The notes beneath the pieces were generated by a model, which did not search any database, was not told the DNA's origin, and saw only the letters and a program-made list of their open reading frames with translations. Shown here in pieces: positions 41,182 to 54,699 of a stretch of DNA of 64,000 nucleotides (position 1 is the first letter of the stretch; every line of letters starts with the position of its first letter). The translations under genes and the position numbers were made by a program. The stretch comes from Eledone cirrhosa (lineage: Eukaryota): contig OZ024764.1 of assembly GCA_964016885.1 (NCBI GenBank), positions 21,080,001 through 21,144,000 on the forward strand, written 5' to 3'.

Positions 41182-42095
41182 ATGGAGTCAAGTAAGTAAA
41201 TAAATAAAATTAGATAACATGAAATGAAATAAAATGAAATGAAATAAAGTAAATTGAGATAAGATATATATTTTTTTAGAATATATCTCTTGAATATATC
41301 AGGGGCCCACGAAGGCACTAAATGTCACAGTTATGTGTATCACTTGACCAATTTTTCAAAATACATTTCTTGAAAACATCAGGGGCCCACGAAGGCACTA
41401 AGTGTCACAGTCACCAGTATCACTTGACCATTGCAAGGCAATGGAGGCGTCCCAGGTTGGGCAGTCTCGAAAGTTCACTCGAAAGTCATGGGTGTGCCTT
41501 CACACAGTTGAGCGGTGGGGTAATCACAAACCGGTTCACACACCAATTTTTTAAAAATATATTTCTTGAAAACATCAGGGGCCCACGAAGGCGCTAAGTG
41601 TCACAGTCACCAGTATCACTCGAGCGGTGGGGTAATCACAAACCGGTTCAACACGGGCAGGAGTCAAATGGTCAGAGAGGTGCATCAAAGGAGGTAGAAG
41701 AATTCACATGCATTAGCAAGCGTGAGGTTAAAGCAGGCAGATACAGTTGTAGCGCATACAAAATATAAAAAGATAGCTTCAAGAGCCATTAAGTCACCGC
41801 ATTGGGACATCACAAGATTGTACACATCAATATGTTCAGTACGTACATGCACGTATACACACCACATGCACATGCAGAGACGGTATACATATATATATAT
41901 ATATTTTTTTTTATATATACACACAGACACATATAACCACCTACACCCATACACATATAAATGTATACACGGGCACACACGCACACACACACAGCGTAGG
42001 ACACCCGGGTCAAAGCCGATATTAAGTACGATATTAAATACAATATTAAATATTAAACACCGAAATACCACATTAGATCCGGCTTTAGGGACAAA

Positions 42096-43169
42096 TTGTA
42101 TTACACCCAGGGAAATAATGGTCCTAATAGTAGCTCTACCAGTGTTGTTATAACACATAATATGTCCATTGGTAATCGAGGTGTCGCGAATGGGAGGGTT
42201 CTAAATGCCGGTGGAATGAAACAGCAGGGCACCATTAGTCTAAGTAATAACAATAGAGGTGTCGTGAACGGGAGGTTTCTAGATGCCGGTGGAATGAACC
42301 AGCAGGGCACCATTAGTCTAAGTAATAGCAATGGTGGGCCTCGCAGCTCCCCGCATAGACTAGGTGAGCATAGGAACCGTAGAAATAATAATGCTAATAA
42401 TACTGATGGAAATAGAAAGAATAAAAAGAATAGAAGAAGATTGAATACATACTTCAACCCCCCTTTTAATTCTGAAGTGGCTACAAATATTCCTAGGGCC
42501 TTCTTCTCTGTGCTAGAACGGAACTTCCCTCCTGGTAATAGGTACCACTCTATCCTCAATAAGAATGTTGTTAAACTTTCATATTCTACAACCCAAAATC
42601 TAGCCTCTCATCTGGCCATTACTAATAATAAGAAAATAAAGGAAGGCCTAGACAACCTAAGCCTAGGGGAAAACACGGTAGTGGATAGAGTGGGCAGTAA
42701 CACTAGTGGTGATCTTTCTGAGAATAGCATCACCAGAGGTTGTAACTGTAGAAGGGCTTCGGGCTGCCCCCTGAATGGTTTCTGCCTTGTTAGAAACATA
42801 GTTTATGCGTGTGATGTGGTAACTATGGCGTCCACTATGACCTATATAGGATCAACTTCCACCCCCTTTAAGACCAGGTTTAACTCTCATCAATGCACTT
42901 TTAGACATAATAAACTGAAGAACTCCACCTCCTTGGCAGCGTACGTCCATAATTTAAAAAATGCACGAACACCTTACACACTTACTTGGCGGCAGGTTGC
43001 TAAATCCCATCCATATACTCCTCATAGTAGAGTATGCAACCTGTGCCTTGCCGAATCCCACTCTATTATATTTGCTAAATGCCCTCTACTAAATAGAAAG
43101 TCTGAAATTTTTTCCTCTTGCCCCCACCGAATATTAAGCTCTTTCTTCTACTTTAAACCTGTTAGCTAG
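42096..43169 (+). CDS. Penelope-type GIY-YIG endonuclease ORF lacking RT (first ATG about 42162)
   Basis: YFNPPF..V.TNI...F..FP...H.I.N.N..KLSYS; CNCR...CPL.G.CL zinc motif; IVY...YIGST..FK.R...H; CNLCLAE; LN.KSE....CPH. No internal stops. Expression unknown. Confidence 0.8.
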   Translation: MYYTQGNNGPNSSSTSVVITHNMSIGNRGVANGRVLNAGGMKQQGTISLSNNNRGVVNGRFLDAGGMNQQGTISLSNSNGGPRSSPHRLGEHRNRRNNNANNTDGNRKNKKNRRRLNTYFNPPFNSEVATNIPRAFFSVLERNFPPGNRYHSILNKNVVKLSYSTTQNLASHLAITNNKKIKEGLDNLSLGENTVVDRVGSNTSGDLSENSITRGCNCRRASGCPLNGFCLVRNIVYACDVVTMASTMTYIGSTSTPFKTRFNSHQCTFRHNKLKNSTSLAAYVHNLKNARTPYTLTWRQVAKSHPYTPHSRVCNLCLAESHSIIFAKCPLLNRKSEIFSSCPHRILSSFFYFKPVS

Positions 43170-45440
43170 CACGTCCTTATTCCTCCAGTTGGGCTGTCTT
43201 GTGTAACTGTCTCTGACTGAGTGTAACTGTCTCCTAATGTTGGTCGTCTATGTATACGAGTCTGTGAATGTATACGTATGCCTGTGGGAGGATATTGATC
43301 TTGATATTGGGGTGTGCAGGGGAGTGTATGTTAATAAGCACCCCTGTTTGGTACAGTGGATGTAACCCATCCACGCTGGCCTACCCACCATTAGTGCATT
43401 GGTGGACCTATCCTGACGTATATCTTGTTGATCTGTACCTCTGTATGCGCATGAGTTGTGATGTAATGTATTTATGTAAAGCGTGTACTGTGATTTAGGC
43501 TGCACTAGTAGAAATTTAGCCTGTAACTGTGGCGGACCCGTGCCATCCTGCCGTAAGCAGTGGATACGTGGCGCATATATGTGTTGCCCTCATATTCTGT
43601 GGTTCAAGATCTACAGGCTGACCTCTGGGAACTCTTACTCGGGGTTGTAGTCTTTCTAGCACGATCGGCCTTCCTTATATTGACGGTCGTTTTTATGATC
43701 CCGAAAGTAACGTTTTGGCCCCGATGGCCCTCCGTAGGTACTAACGGTCTGTGTACACTCGAATCGGTCAATGGCACGTGCAGACATGAATATCTCCGTA
43801 GGATTTCAACTGTATTTTAATACATCTCATCGTATGTATTTGTTTTGAATATATTACCTGTGGTGGTGGGTCTGATCTAATGTGGTATTTCGGTGTTTAA
43901 TATTTAATATTGTATTTAATATCGTACTTAATATCGACTTTGACCCGGGTATCCTACGCTGTGTGTGTGTGCGTGTGTGCCCGTGTATACATTTATATGT
44001 GTATGGGTGTAGGTGGTTATATGTGTCTGTGTGTATATATAAAAAAATATATATATATATATATGTATACCGTCTCTGCATGTGCATGTGGTGTGTATAC
44101 GTGCATGTACGTACTGAACATATTGATGTGTACAATCTTGTGATGTCCCAATGCGGTGACTTAATGGCTCTTGAAGCTATCTTTTTATATTTTGTATGCG
44201 CTACAACTGTATCTGCCTGCTTTAACCTCACGCTTGCTAATGCATGTGAATTCTTCTACCTCCTTTGATGCACCTCTCTGACCATTTGACTCCTGCCCGT
44301 GTTGAACCGGTTTGTGATTACCCCACCGCTCGAGTGATACTGGTGACTGTGACACTTAGCGCCTTCGTGGGCCCCTGATGTTTTCAAGAAATATATTTTT
44401 AAAAAATTGGTGTGTGAACCGGTTTGTGATTACCCCACCGCTCAACTGTGTGAAGGCACACCCATGACTTTCGAGTGAACTTTCGAGACTGCCCAACCTG
44501 GGACGCCTCCATTGCCTTGCAATGGTCAAGTGATACTGGTGACTGTGACACTTAGTGCCTTCGTGGGCCCCTGATGTTTTCAAGAAATGTATTTTGAAAA
44601 ATTGGTCAAGTGATACACATAACTGTGACATTTAGTGCCTTCGTGGGCCCCTGATATATTCAAGAGATATATTCTAAAAAAATATATATCTTATCTCAAT
44701 TTACTTTATTTCATTTCATTTTATTTCATTTCATGTTATCTAATTTTATTTATTTACTTACTTGACTCCATTTATTTATTTATATTTAAATTTAAACTTT
44801 AAAATTTTAATTTTATTTATTTATTTAATTTTTATTTATTTATTTCTTTATTTATTTATTTAATTACATTTAATTACATTTAATTATACATATAATTATA
44901 ATTACACATTTGATTTTAATTTTAATTTAGTCTATGTTATTTGATTTTAGTTTACCTTATTTTATCTTATTTTACGATTATACTATATTATGTTCTATGT
45001 ATATAATTTTTAATTTTTAATTGTATATTATTTTATCTCATTCCTTACCCTATATTTTATATTTTATATGTAAGTTTGTTATGTATTTCTTTGTATTTCT
45101 CTTTTTATATATATTATAAGTCTGTTTTTTACCTATTTTTTACCTACTCTTACCTAATCCCATTATCTTACCTACTCTTGTCTGTTCTCTTATCCATGTG
45201 ACTACTCTTGTCTGTTCTCTTATCCATGTGTATGCTTGTATGTAACTATATGTTGACAGCACACCGCCCAACTGTGACAGATAGCACCCCTTATTCTTAT
45301 TTTTTTTTTATTTTTATTTTTATTTTTATTTTTATTTTTACTTTTATTTTTATTTTTTATTCTTATCCTATATCGTCTATTATTACCTTTCATTCTTCAA
45401 TGTCTTGGATTTGTTATTGCTTGTATGGTATGTAATTAAC

Positions 45441-45498
45441 CTTTATGCTCTGATGAGTCCCACTTATAGTGTGGATGAAACAATGTTAGCAAGTAAAG
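45441..45498 (+). ncRNA. Minimal type I hammerhead ribozyme motif
   Basis: Stem I CTTTA-TGCT / AGCA-(AG)-TAAAG; core CTGATGA; stem II GTCC-CAC / GTG-(T)-GGAT; GAAA; short palindromic stem III ACA-A-TGT; predicted cleavage triplet GUU. Confidence 0.8.
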
Positions 45499-45850
45499 AT
45501 ATGCATATGCTATAAGCGTTCTTTGTTATTTATTTATTATATTACGGCTCTGTCCTCAGACATTGAGCTAACCTCATACTGCCTGCTGGATAAGTGGAGT
45601 GTTATACACACCTGATCCTTTCCCTAGCATACTTTATATATATATATATATATCTTGAGTTTGTGAGTTCGATTCCTGGACCAGGCGATGCGTTATGTCC
45701 TTGAACAAGACACTTTATTTCACGTTCCTTCTACATGGAATTGCGACCTTTAGTACTAGCAATTGGAAAGACCAATGGAAACATTGCTTCCTCGGTCCGA
45801 TTTGACGAAAGTCGATCGTTCCTTCATATATATATATATATATACACACA

Positions 45851-47921
45851 CTGTTGTACCTTGACTTAAGAGTTTAATTTGTTCCGTGGAGGACCTCGTA
45901 ACTTAAATTACTCGTATGTCAAATCAATTTTCCCCACTGAAATAAATTAAAATGCCGTTAATCCGTTCCAGACCCCCCAAACCCACAGTTTGTTTTGTTA
46001 CGTGTTTTTAAATAAGAAAAATGTACTGATAAATAACAAATATTGTATATAAAAAAAACAATACAATAGAATGTACTGCAACAAACTAGTTTTATGAAGT
46101 ATAATGTACAGCATCTATCTTGGAGATCAGACGACTTGAGGATGTTGACGGAGGAGAAAGGATGAACTGAATAACTGAATCTTATTCGCTGAATTTTGCC
46201 CCTTTTCGCCACGCTTTCCTCACTTTTATCTGCAGGGATTTTCAATAAAAACCTGTCTAATGAGGTTTGTTTCATCTCACTTGTTGAGATAACCTCCTCT
46301 GTGTCACCTATTTCCTGCAAAACCTCCGTGTGTTGCTGTGTCTGTAGCTCCTTTAATTCCTTCTTTGTCAGTTCCTCGGAGTGCTCCTTGATGAGCTCGT
46401 TGATGTCACCTTCATCCATGTCCAAGCCCATGCACTTACCGAGGGGTACAATCTCCCCCACCACTGCCGCTTCGGGTTCGAGTCTTTCAAAGTCTGTTTT
46501 AGACACAACTTCAGGCCACAGCTTCTTCCATGTAGAGGTCAAGGTCCTCTTTGTAAGACCCTGCCATGTCATATCAATAATTCTGAGGCATATCACGATG
46601 TTATAATGGTCCTTCCAGCCCTCTCAAGGGTGAAGTTTGTGCTCTCCGTCATTTCAAAGCAGCGACTGAACAGGTGCTTGGTGAAGAGCTTCTTGAAATT
46701 AGAAAGTACCTGCTGGTCCTTGGGCTGTAGGATAGGGGTGGTGTTTGGTGGAAGGTAGAGGACCTTTATAAACTTGAACTCTTCGAGGTTAGGTGGGTGA
46801 GCAGGTGTATTGTCCAGAACAAGAAGGGTTTACAGGGGTAGGTTATTTTCATGGAGATATTTTTTAACGTCAGGACCAAAGACCAAATTCACTCACTCCA
46901 CAAAGAACTACCTGGTGACCCATGACCTCGGGTTTGCCCTCCACATAACCTGCAGTTTTTCTTTCAGAATCTTATGTGACTTAAAGGTTCTGGAGTTTTC
47001 TGAATGATAAACGAGCGGCGGCTTAATCTTACACTCGCCGCTCAGTGGCACACAGTGCGAGGGTTAGCCTATCCTTCATGGGTTTGTGGCCAGGCATCCT
47101 CTTCTCCTCTGCCGTTATATAAGTCCTCCTTGGTATCTTCTTCCAAAAAGTCCTGTTTCATCACAGTTAAAGACTTGCTGAGGGATGTATCCTTTGGCTG
47201 CTATAATTCTGGCAAAGGTTTTGAGGTAATCCTCAGCTGCCTTCATATCCGCGCTCGCTGCCTCACCATGCCTGACAACGGAGTGAATGCCGGTCCTCTT
47301 TTTAAAATTCTCAAACCAACCCCGACTGGCATTAAAGGGCTTGCCGATGGCTCGTCCGTAGAAGTACCTGGGGTCTGCTGCAGCAAACCAGCGTAAATAG
47401 CTCGTGCCTTCTCACATATTATAATCTTCATCACAGTATCTCTTGCGAGCTGCTTCTCCGTCAACCACACCATCAGCAGCTTTTCCATATTTTCATGGAT
47501 AGATGTCCGCTGTTTAGAAATTATTTTACCACCCTTAGCTGGGGTTATAGCCTTTATCAAGTCCTTCTACTTCAGTATGGTACATATCATAGAAGTGCTA
47601 CGCTCGTACTACTTCACCAAGTCCACTACACACACCTTGGTCATGTTTTTCTATAATTTCTTTCTTTAATTCAATACACATCATCTGCTTCTTCTTCTCA
47701 GAACTGTCCTTCGCCCTCACTTTCTTCGAAGCCATGGGATGCCGGGCGGGTGTTACGGTATTTCATGTGGCGGTCACTATGCCAACTAGTGGCGGGGCAA
47801 CTGAAGCTGACTCGTAACCCGAATTTTACTCTGGAACTCAACGCAAAAAAAAACAGCCGAGAGAGGGCTCGAATCTCGAAAAACTTATTAGTTGGGACAC
47901 TCATAAGTCAAGGTACCACTG
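45851..47921 (-). mobile_element. Decayed Tigger/pogo transposon, copy 3 (most complete)
   Basis: Same TIRs; frameshifted transposase fragments at 45958-47700. Confidence 0.9.
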
Positions 47922-48009
47922 AATATATATATATATTTGTGTTTGTGTGTGTATATGTATATTATGTATCTTCTGATTACTGAAGATGGTGCATTAGATT
48001 TCACTGTCA

Positions 48010-48665
48010 ACACTGTAAAGAGGTTGTGTAGGTGTCATGACAAAAAGTACCCAATCCACACTGTAAAGTGGTCACATTGGTGTCATGGCAAAAAGTACCC
48101 AGTCCACCCTGTAAAGTGGTCATGTAGGTGTCACGATAAAAATTAGCCAGTACTCACTGTAAAGTGGTACTGTAGGTGTCACAACAAAAATACCCAGTAC
48201 ACACTGTAAAGTGGTCATGTAGGTGTCACGACAAAAAGTACCCAATCCACACTGTAAAGTGGTCACATTGGTGTCATGGCAAAAAGTACCCAGTCCACCC
48301 TGTAAAGTGGTACTGTAGGTGTCACGATAAAAAGTACCCAGTACTCACTGTAAAGTGGTCATGTTGGTGTCACAACAAAAAGTACCCAGTACTCACTGTA
48401 AAGTGGTACTGTAGGTGCCATGACAAAAAGTAAAAAAGTACCCAGCCCACACTGTGAAGTGGTCGAGTTGGTGAGATAGTAAAAAGCACCCAGTACTCAA
48501 TGTAAATAAGGTTGGTGCTAGGAAGGGCATCCAGCTGTAGAAACCAAACCATAATTGGTTTTGTAGGAGCAACACGTGGTCACCTGACCTGGCATTGCTT
48601 ACAACAGGATAACTTGTCTAACCCATGCCAGCGTGGAAAAACTGATGTAAAACAGTGATGATGAT
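48010..48665 (+). repeat. 48-bp minisatellite (about 10 copies) plus SINE-like tail
   Basis: Same motif; explains the periodic ORFs at 47937-48433. Confidence 0.85.
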
Positions 48666-50155
48666 ATAACATTTGTTTAATAATGAATTCCAATCTCATT
48701 GTTAACAGCTATAGATGTCAGGATGTGAACCTTTTTACTGAAATATCTTCTCCATGTTAGTGGCTGAAGAAGATTTAGAAAACTTTCACACAATAACAGT
48801 ATTCCCTAACTTCTCCCCTAAAAAATACAAGACAAGCAGGGCCAGACTTTTGCCTACTGAAGCCCTAAGCTATATGAAGTTAGAGGTTCTTCTCTAAAAA
48901 TATATAATTATCTTTTATATTAATGTTAATGATAAAGAATAAATAATATAATAAATATACCACCATAGGTGCTGAGGTGGCTAGCTGCTGGTGTGAACCT
49001 CACAAGATGGAATAGCTCTTCCAGCACATCTAGAACAACATGACCCTCTAATATCTAGTATTTAGTAACAAACTAGACCACCCGGGACCTGTTGGGTCAC
49101 GTTCCCTTAAAACTATTTTTTAAAAGTCATTTAAAAATGATTTTTAAATAGTTAAAATATACACATACGTATATATATATATACACACACACACATTTTA
49201 TTAAACAACACCACCAGCTCTCTCTCTCTCTTCCATCTGTCTCCTCACTCTCACAACCACTATCTCTTTCTCTCCCTATATATATCAAGGTACCCAGAAA
49301 ACCTTGTATCTTGGGAACCTGTGCTCCAATTTATACAAAAATTGTTTTATTCCTTTCAAAGTATTTCCCCATTATGCACTGTTTTAGCTGTATTAAATTA
49401 GACAAGACACAATTACAGAGTTTTAGTAGTATATAGATAACATAGCTTCAAATTAAAGTTAGTAAACGACAGTTTGGAGAAATCTGTAACATTTATTAAA
49501 CATTGCTCAAGTTTGTCAATTCTATAGCACAATAGTTTGTTAGTTAAAGTGTTTAGTTAGATGTTCTACATATAAAGAATAGAGAATACTTTACCACAAA
49601 TATTACAGTGGTATAATGATTACAGCGGTATAATGATGTAAGCTGTCAGCCAGATGAATGTTGCCTTGGTGATGGAATAGTACAGTAGATAGAAGTTGAA
49701 ATCTAAAAGACCTGAAGGGGAATAACAATATCAAATAGTTAAAATGGAAGCTAGATATTAGGCTTACAAGTTATTGATTTCTGTTGTTATTGTTAAAATC
49801 TGTTTAATCTGTGATATTTGAGACAAGGTACAGGACAATAGAATTAATATCAATGTCTGACTAGCAACAACAAAAGTTTTCATTTTTTTGGCAGGTTTAA
49901 ATTACAAAAGTTCCCAACCTTTACTAAAAATACAAATATATATCTTACCTGTTAAAGTATAATAAATCAAAGTTTAATGTGAAAAACTTTAATTTACAAA
50001 AAATCTTCAAACACTGCTTCAAAAATGGAAACCTGGTGTTTATGATCCCTGTCCTAGGTAAAACCTACAAGGTTGACCCCAGTTTTAGCAAGGATGATGG
50101 ATCTACACAATTGTTGTTGTAGTAGTATGATGTAATGAGTTTGATATTGATACAG

Positions 50156-50782
<627 letters not shown>

Positions 50783-51827
50783 TCACCAATGACCTCAGTT
50801 TCTCACATAATTCACAGTTTTAATATTTTTCTCCTGTCAATATATGGATATTTTTCTTCTTTATGTTTATAATATTATTCCTAAAATATATTCCTCCAGA
50901 TATATTTCCATCAACTTTGGTCTTTCTTTATATTTAAAGATGATACAAACTGTTTTGCAGATCTCTTCAAGTTTAATATACATATAAAATCATCCTGTAC
51001 ATATTCCAGACAGTGAAGAATAACAGCTTCCTTTAGTCTTTAAATAATGGTGTTGATGAAACAACTGATATAAAAGTGTTTTATCCTTTTCATACCAGTC
51101 TTTATATTTATCTAAAAACTTTCCATTGTAACTTCATGAGATTGTGCAAAGTTATGTTCCAAATAGTAGCTTAATACTGAGAAATTTAGTTATATTATTA
51201 AATCCCTTCAAAGTGTTGAGTGTTTTCAAAATTATTTGAAAATGATGGGTAGTGTCTTTCATTAGAAATGGTTAATGTTGAGGATATGTCTGATGTAACG
51301 TGCTCTTTAATGCCAATGTCCTCTGGTATTCTGAAATAATAAAAGAACATTATAAGATACTCAGAAACTTGTAATACATCAGTACAAATTTCATATAATA
51401 TTTCTATATTGATAAATGGACTGTAATAAATACTAAGGCCTTCTTTGGTGAAGAATGTGCTGACTAACATAGGTTAGTTATTAGTGGCAGTAGATTATAC
51501 TGACTGATAAAAGTAGTTATTAGTGACATTAGATTAAACTGACTGATAAAAGTAGTTATTAGTGACATTAGATTATACTGACTGATAAAAGTAGTTAATA
51601 GTGACATTAGATTAACCCTTTAGTATTCACATTACTCTATATTTACTATTATATTTTCACAGTAAATGCTTTATCTCACATAATATCAAATCTATGAGAT
51701 TTTCATGTTATTTATTTTGAGAACAATACCTTAACATAAGTATAAGTGACCAATTACGGCCAGTTTGAACAGAAAGATGTGGGAGAAGTCTGGCCAGATA
51801 TGGCCAGTTTATATACTAAAGGGTTAA

Positions 51828-54256
51828 GGAAATTAGGTGTAGAAGAATGGCTTGTGAGAAGCTGTCAGTATAGTATGTTTAGTGAGGAATTGAAGGTACA
51901 GGTAGGAGTTCATCATGGTTTAGTTCTTAGCCCACTGTTGTTCATCATAGTTCTCCAAGCCATAACAGAGAGGTTTAAGACTGGCAGTCTATGGAAACTT
52001 CTCTATGTAGATGACCAACTATAGATATAGAATTTGAAATGGTAAGTTCTGAGAATATACTTAGCCAAAACTAAAGTGGTAATGGATAGGAGAGAAGACC
52101 CTGACCCCTTCAGGAAAGCGGCCCTGCTCCATATGTAGAAAAGGAATAAGTAGAGATAAACGCAATGACAGAGACCTAGTTATAATAGCAGGGGACTTGA
52201 ATGGTCATGTTGGACAGTTCCAGGATGGATATACTGGGGTACATGGTGGTCATGGTTATGGCTCAAGAAATGAAGAAGGAGTGAGGCTTCTTGTATTTTG
52301 TGATGCAAGTGAACTAACCATTTGCAACACTTCAAGAAACCTACGAACCACCTAACAACCTACCAATCAGGTGAACACCTGAGACAGATTGACTTCTTCC
52401 TAGTTAGGCAGCAAGAGAGACAGATGGTGTCAAATACTAAAGCATACCCCAGGGAACAATGTAACCCCCCAACATAGGTTAGTCGTTAGTGACATCTCAG
52501 TAAGCAGGTTACTGAAGAAACTTGTGGCTGGAGCAGAGCTCCAACCAGACAGAGGGTGACCTGGTGGTGGAACAGCACGGTAGATAGAGCCATTAGAGAC
52601 AAAAGACTTGGAAAAATGGTAGGGGTAGAGACCGATACACAGCCACTAAGAGAGAAGCTAGATGTCAGGTCTACTTAACATGCAGGGAGGCTGAGAGGAG
52701 AAGGTTTGCCAATGTCCTGCGATGGGAAGATCAGAGATGTGCGGTGTTCCACATTACAAGGCAGTGTGTCAGTGTAAATCAGGATGTTGGTGCACTTAGT
52801 GTCACTGATTCTCAAAACAAAGGAGGCCTGGAAATGTCATTATGAGAGACTGATGAATGTGAAGAATGAAAGGGAGAGAAACTACCCTCAGTAGACCCGA
52901 CAGAGGGACCAGCTATTGAGATTGACGACTATAGGGTCCAAGAGGCAATTAAGGAAATGAAAAATGGTAGGTCCGCTGGACTGTTGGGGATAGTTGCTGA
53001 GATGCAAAAGGCATCAGGAGAAGTAGGAATTAAACTGGTTGCATGCATCATTAATCAAGCTATATATGGTGGTGTCATACCCAAAGACTGGTGCAGCAGT
53101 ATTCTCATAAATTGAGGTAAAGGTAAAGGGGATGTTCTGGAGGGGAGTAATTATAGGGGTATAAAGCTGATGGATCAGGTTATGAAAGTGACAGAAAGAA
53201 TACTAGCGCAACTTAGAGAAAGGGTCAAACAGATGCCCTCTTCTTAGTGAGACAACTACAAGAGAGGTTCTTAGAGAAGAATAAACCACTATACTTAGCT
53301 TTTGTTGGCCTAGAGAAGGCCTTTGATAGAGTACCCCAATCTGTCATCTGGTGGTCCCTAAGGAAACTAGGTGTAGAGGAATGGCTTGTGAGGACAGTGC
53401 AAGCTATGTACAGAGGTACTGTCAGTAAAGTGAGGGTAGGCATGGAGTTTAGTGAGGAATTCCAGAATACAAGTAGGAGTACATCAGGTTTCGGTCCTCA
53501 GCCCGCTCTTGTTCATTATAGTCCTCCAAGTCATAACAGAAGAGTTTAAGACTGGCTGCCCATGGGAACTTCTCTATGCTGACGATCTGGTTCTTATAGC
53601 AGAATCAGTAGAGGAGCTAGAGAATAAATTCTGGCTATTGCAACAGCATTTGGAATCAAGAGGACTGAGAGTGAACCTAGCTAAGACAAAAGTGTTGATG
53701 AGTAGAAAAGAGGACAAAACTGTCATTCCATCAGGGAAATGGCCTTGTTCGATATGTAGAAAAGGAACTGGCATAAATTCTATAATATACACAATGCAGA
53801 TTTTGGGTACACAAGAAATGTAGTGGGATAGCAGGCAAACTAACAGGTAGGGAAAACTACATATGCAGTAGATGTACAGGGAAATTTGACAGTAGAAGTT
53901 GCAGTGAGACACATTTTTCAAATGCAGGTAGGATCTACAGAGGTGGTTGATAGCTTCTGATACCTAGGTGATCAGATTAGCACAAGAGGGGAGCATGCTG
54001 TGAGACCATAGTATCTAGAATAAGGACAGGTTGGAAGACGTTTAGGGAGCTGCTTCCTCTGTTGACAAAGAAGCGTTTCTCCCTAAGAACGAATGGCTGG
54101 TGATGCCTGCGTGAGATGTGTGATGCTGCACGGTAGTGAGACATGGACAGCAACTGTGGAGGATATGCAACGACTGGAGAGAAATGAAGCAAGTATGCTC
54201 CGTTGGATGTGCAATGTCAATGTGCATCAACGACCAAGCATAGATGAGTTGAGAGA
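51828..54256 (+). mobile_element. Decayed RTE LINE (short RT fragment, then EN-RT body), same family as 4734-7502
   Basis: GHVGQ..DGYTGVHGG, VTWWWN, LEKAFDRVP, ELLYADD, LHGSETW; many deletions. Confidence 0.88.
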
Positions 54257-54299
54257 GAATGCACAACATGGCCATACCAGTGCATGTGTCTCCTGTGAA

Positions 54300-54660
54300 A
54301 CACATCCTTGAGGTTGTCGATTAGCAGTTTTTTTAGGAGCTCAGTTGAGCTGACATTATCCTCAATGGTCACACTACACATCCAGTGGATCATAGCTCTG
54401 TCATTTCTTCAGAGTCAATTCAGACAGTCAGATAACATGGCCCAGGTCTCGCTGGCATGAAACAACACACTTCTCTCACAGGTGTTATAAATCTGCCCCA
54501 TGGTGTCTAATGGTAGCCAGCATGTCTTGAGGATTAGGAGAAGCTGCCTAAACTTGTTACCTGTGGAGTGGCACAGCACGATGGCAGTGAACTTGGCTCC
54601 ACTTCCAGCTGACATGTCACGCAGGTAACAGAAAGATGTCACCACATCCAGCTTGTCCTC
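54300..54660 (-). mobile_element. Old RTE fragment
   Basis: VTSFCYLRDM...FRQLL.IL...YNTC.RSV.FHASETW. Confidence 0.65.
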
Positions 54661-54699
54661 ACCAACAGGCCTCTAGTTATAAAGGTTATCATTGACCAA

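Larger units (their letters stand above)
40284..45635 (+). mobile_element. Penelope-like element (Naiad-type), 5'-truncated, with long inverted repeats, inserted in (TA)n
   Basis: GIY-YIG ORF in the centre; arms at about 40284-42079 and 43874-45544 are reverse complements; hammerhead motifs in both arms; empty (TA)n site at 2931-2950 and 20850-20870. Confidence 0.88.

Noticed and set aside
41685-42158. Mirror ORFs at 41685-42158 and 43854-44268
   Set aside because: Low-complexity (CA/TA-rich) translations of the inverted-repeat arms.
44345-44660. SECIS element (some Naiad elements encode selenoproteins)
   Set aside because: GTGAC...TGAT is present, but there is no convincing helix II or apical AA, and the visible ORF has no in-frame TGA.
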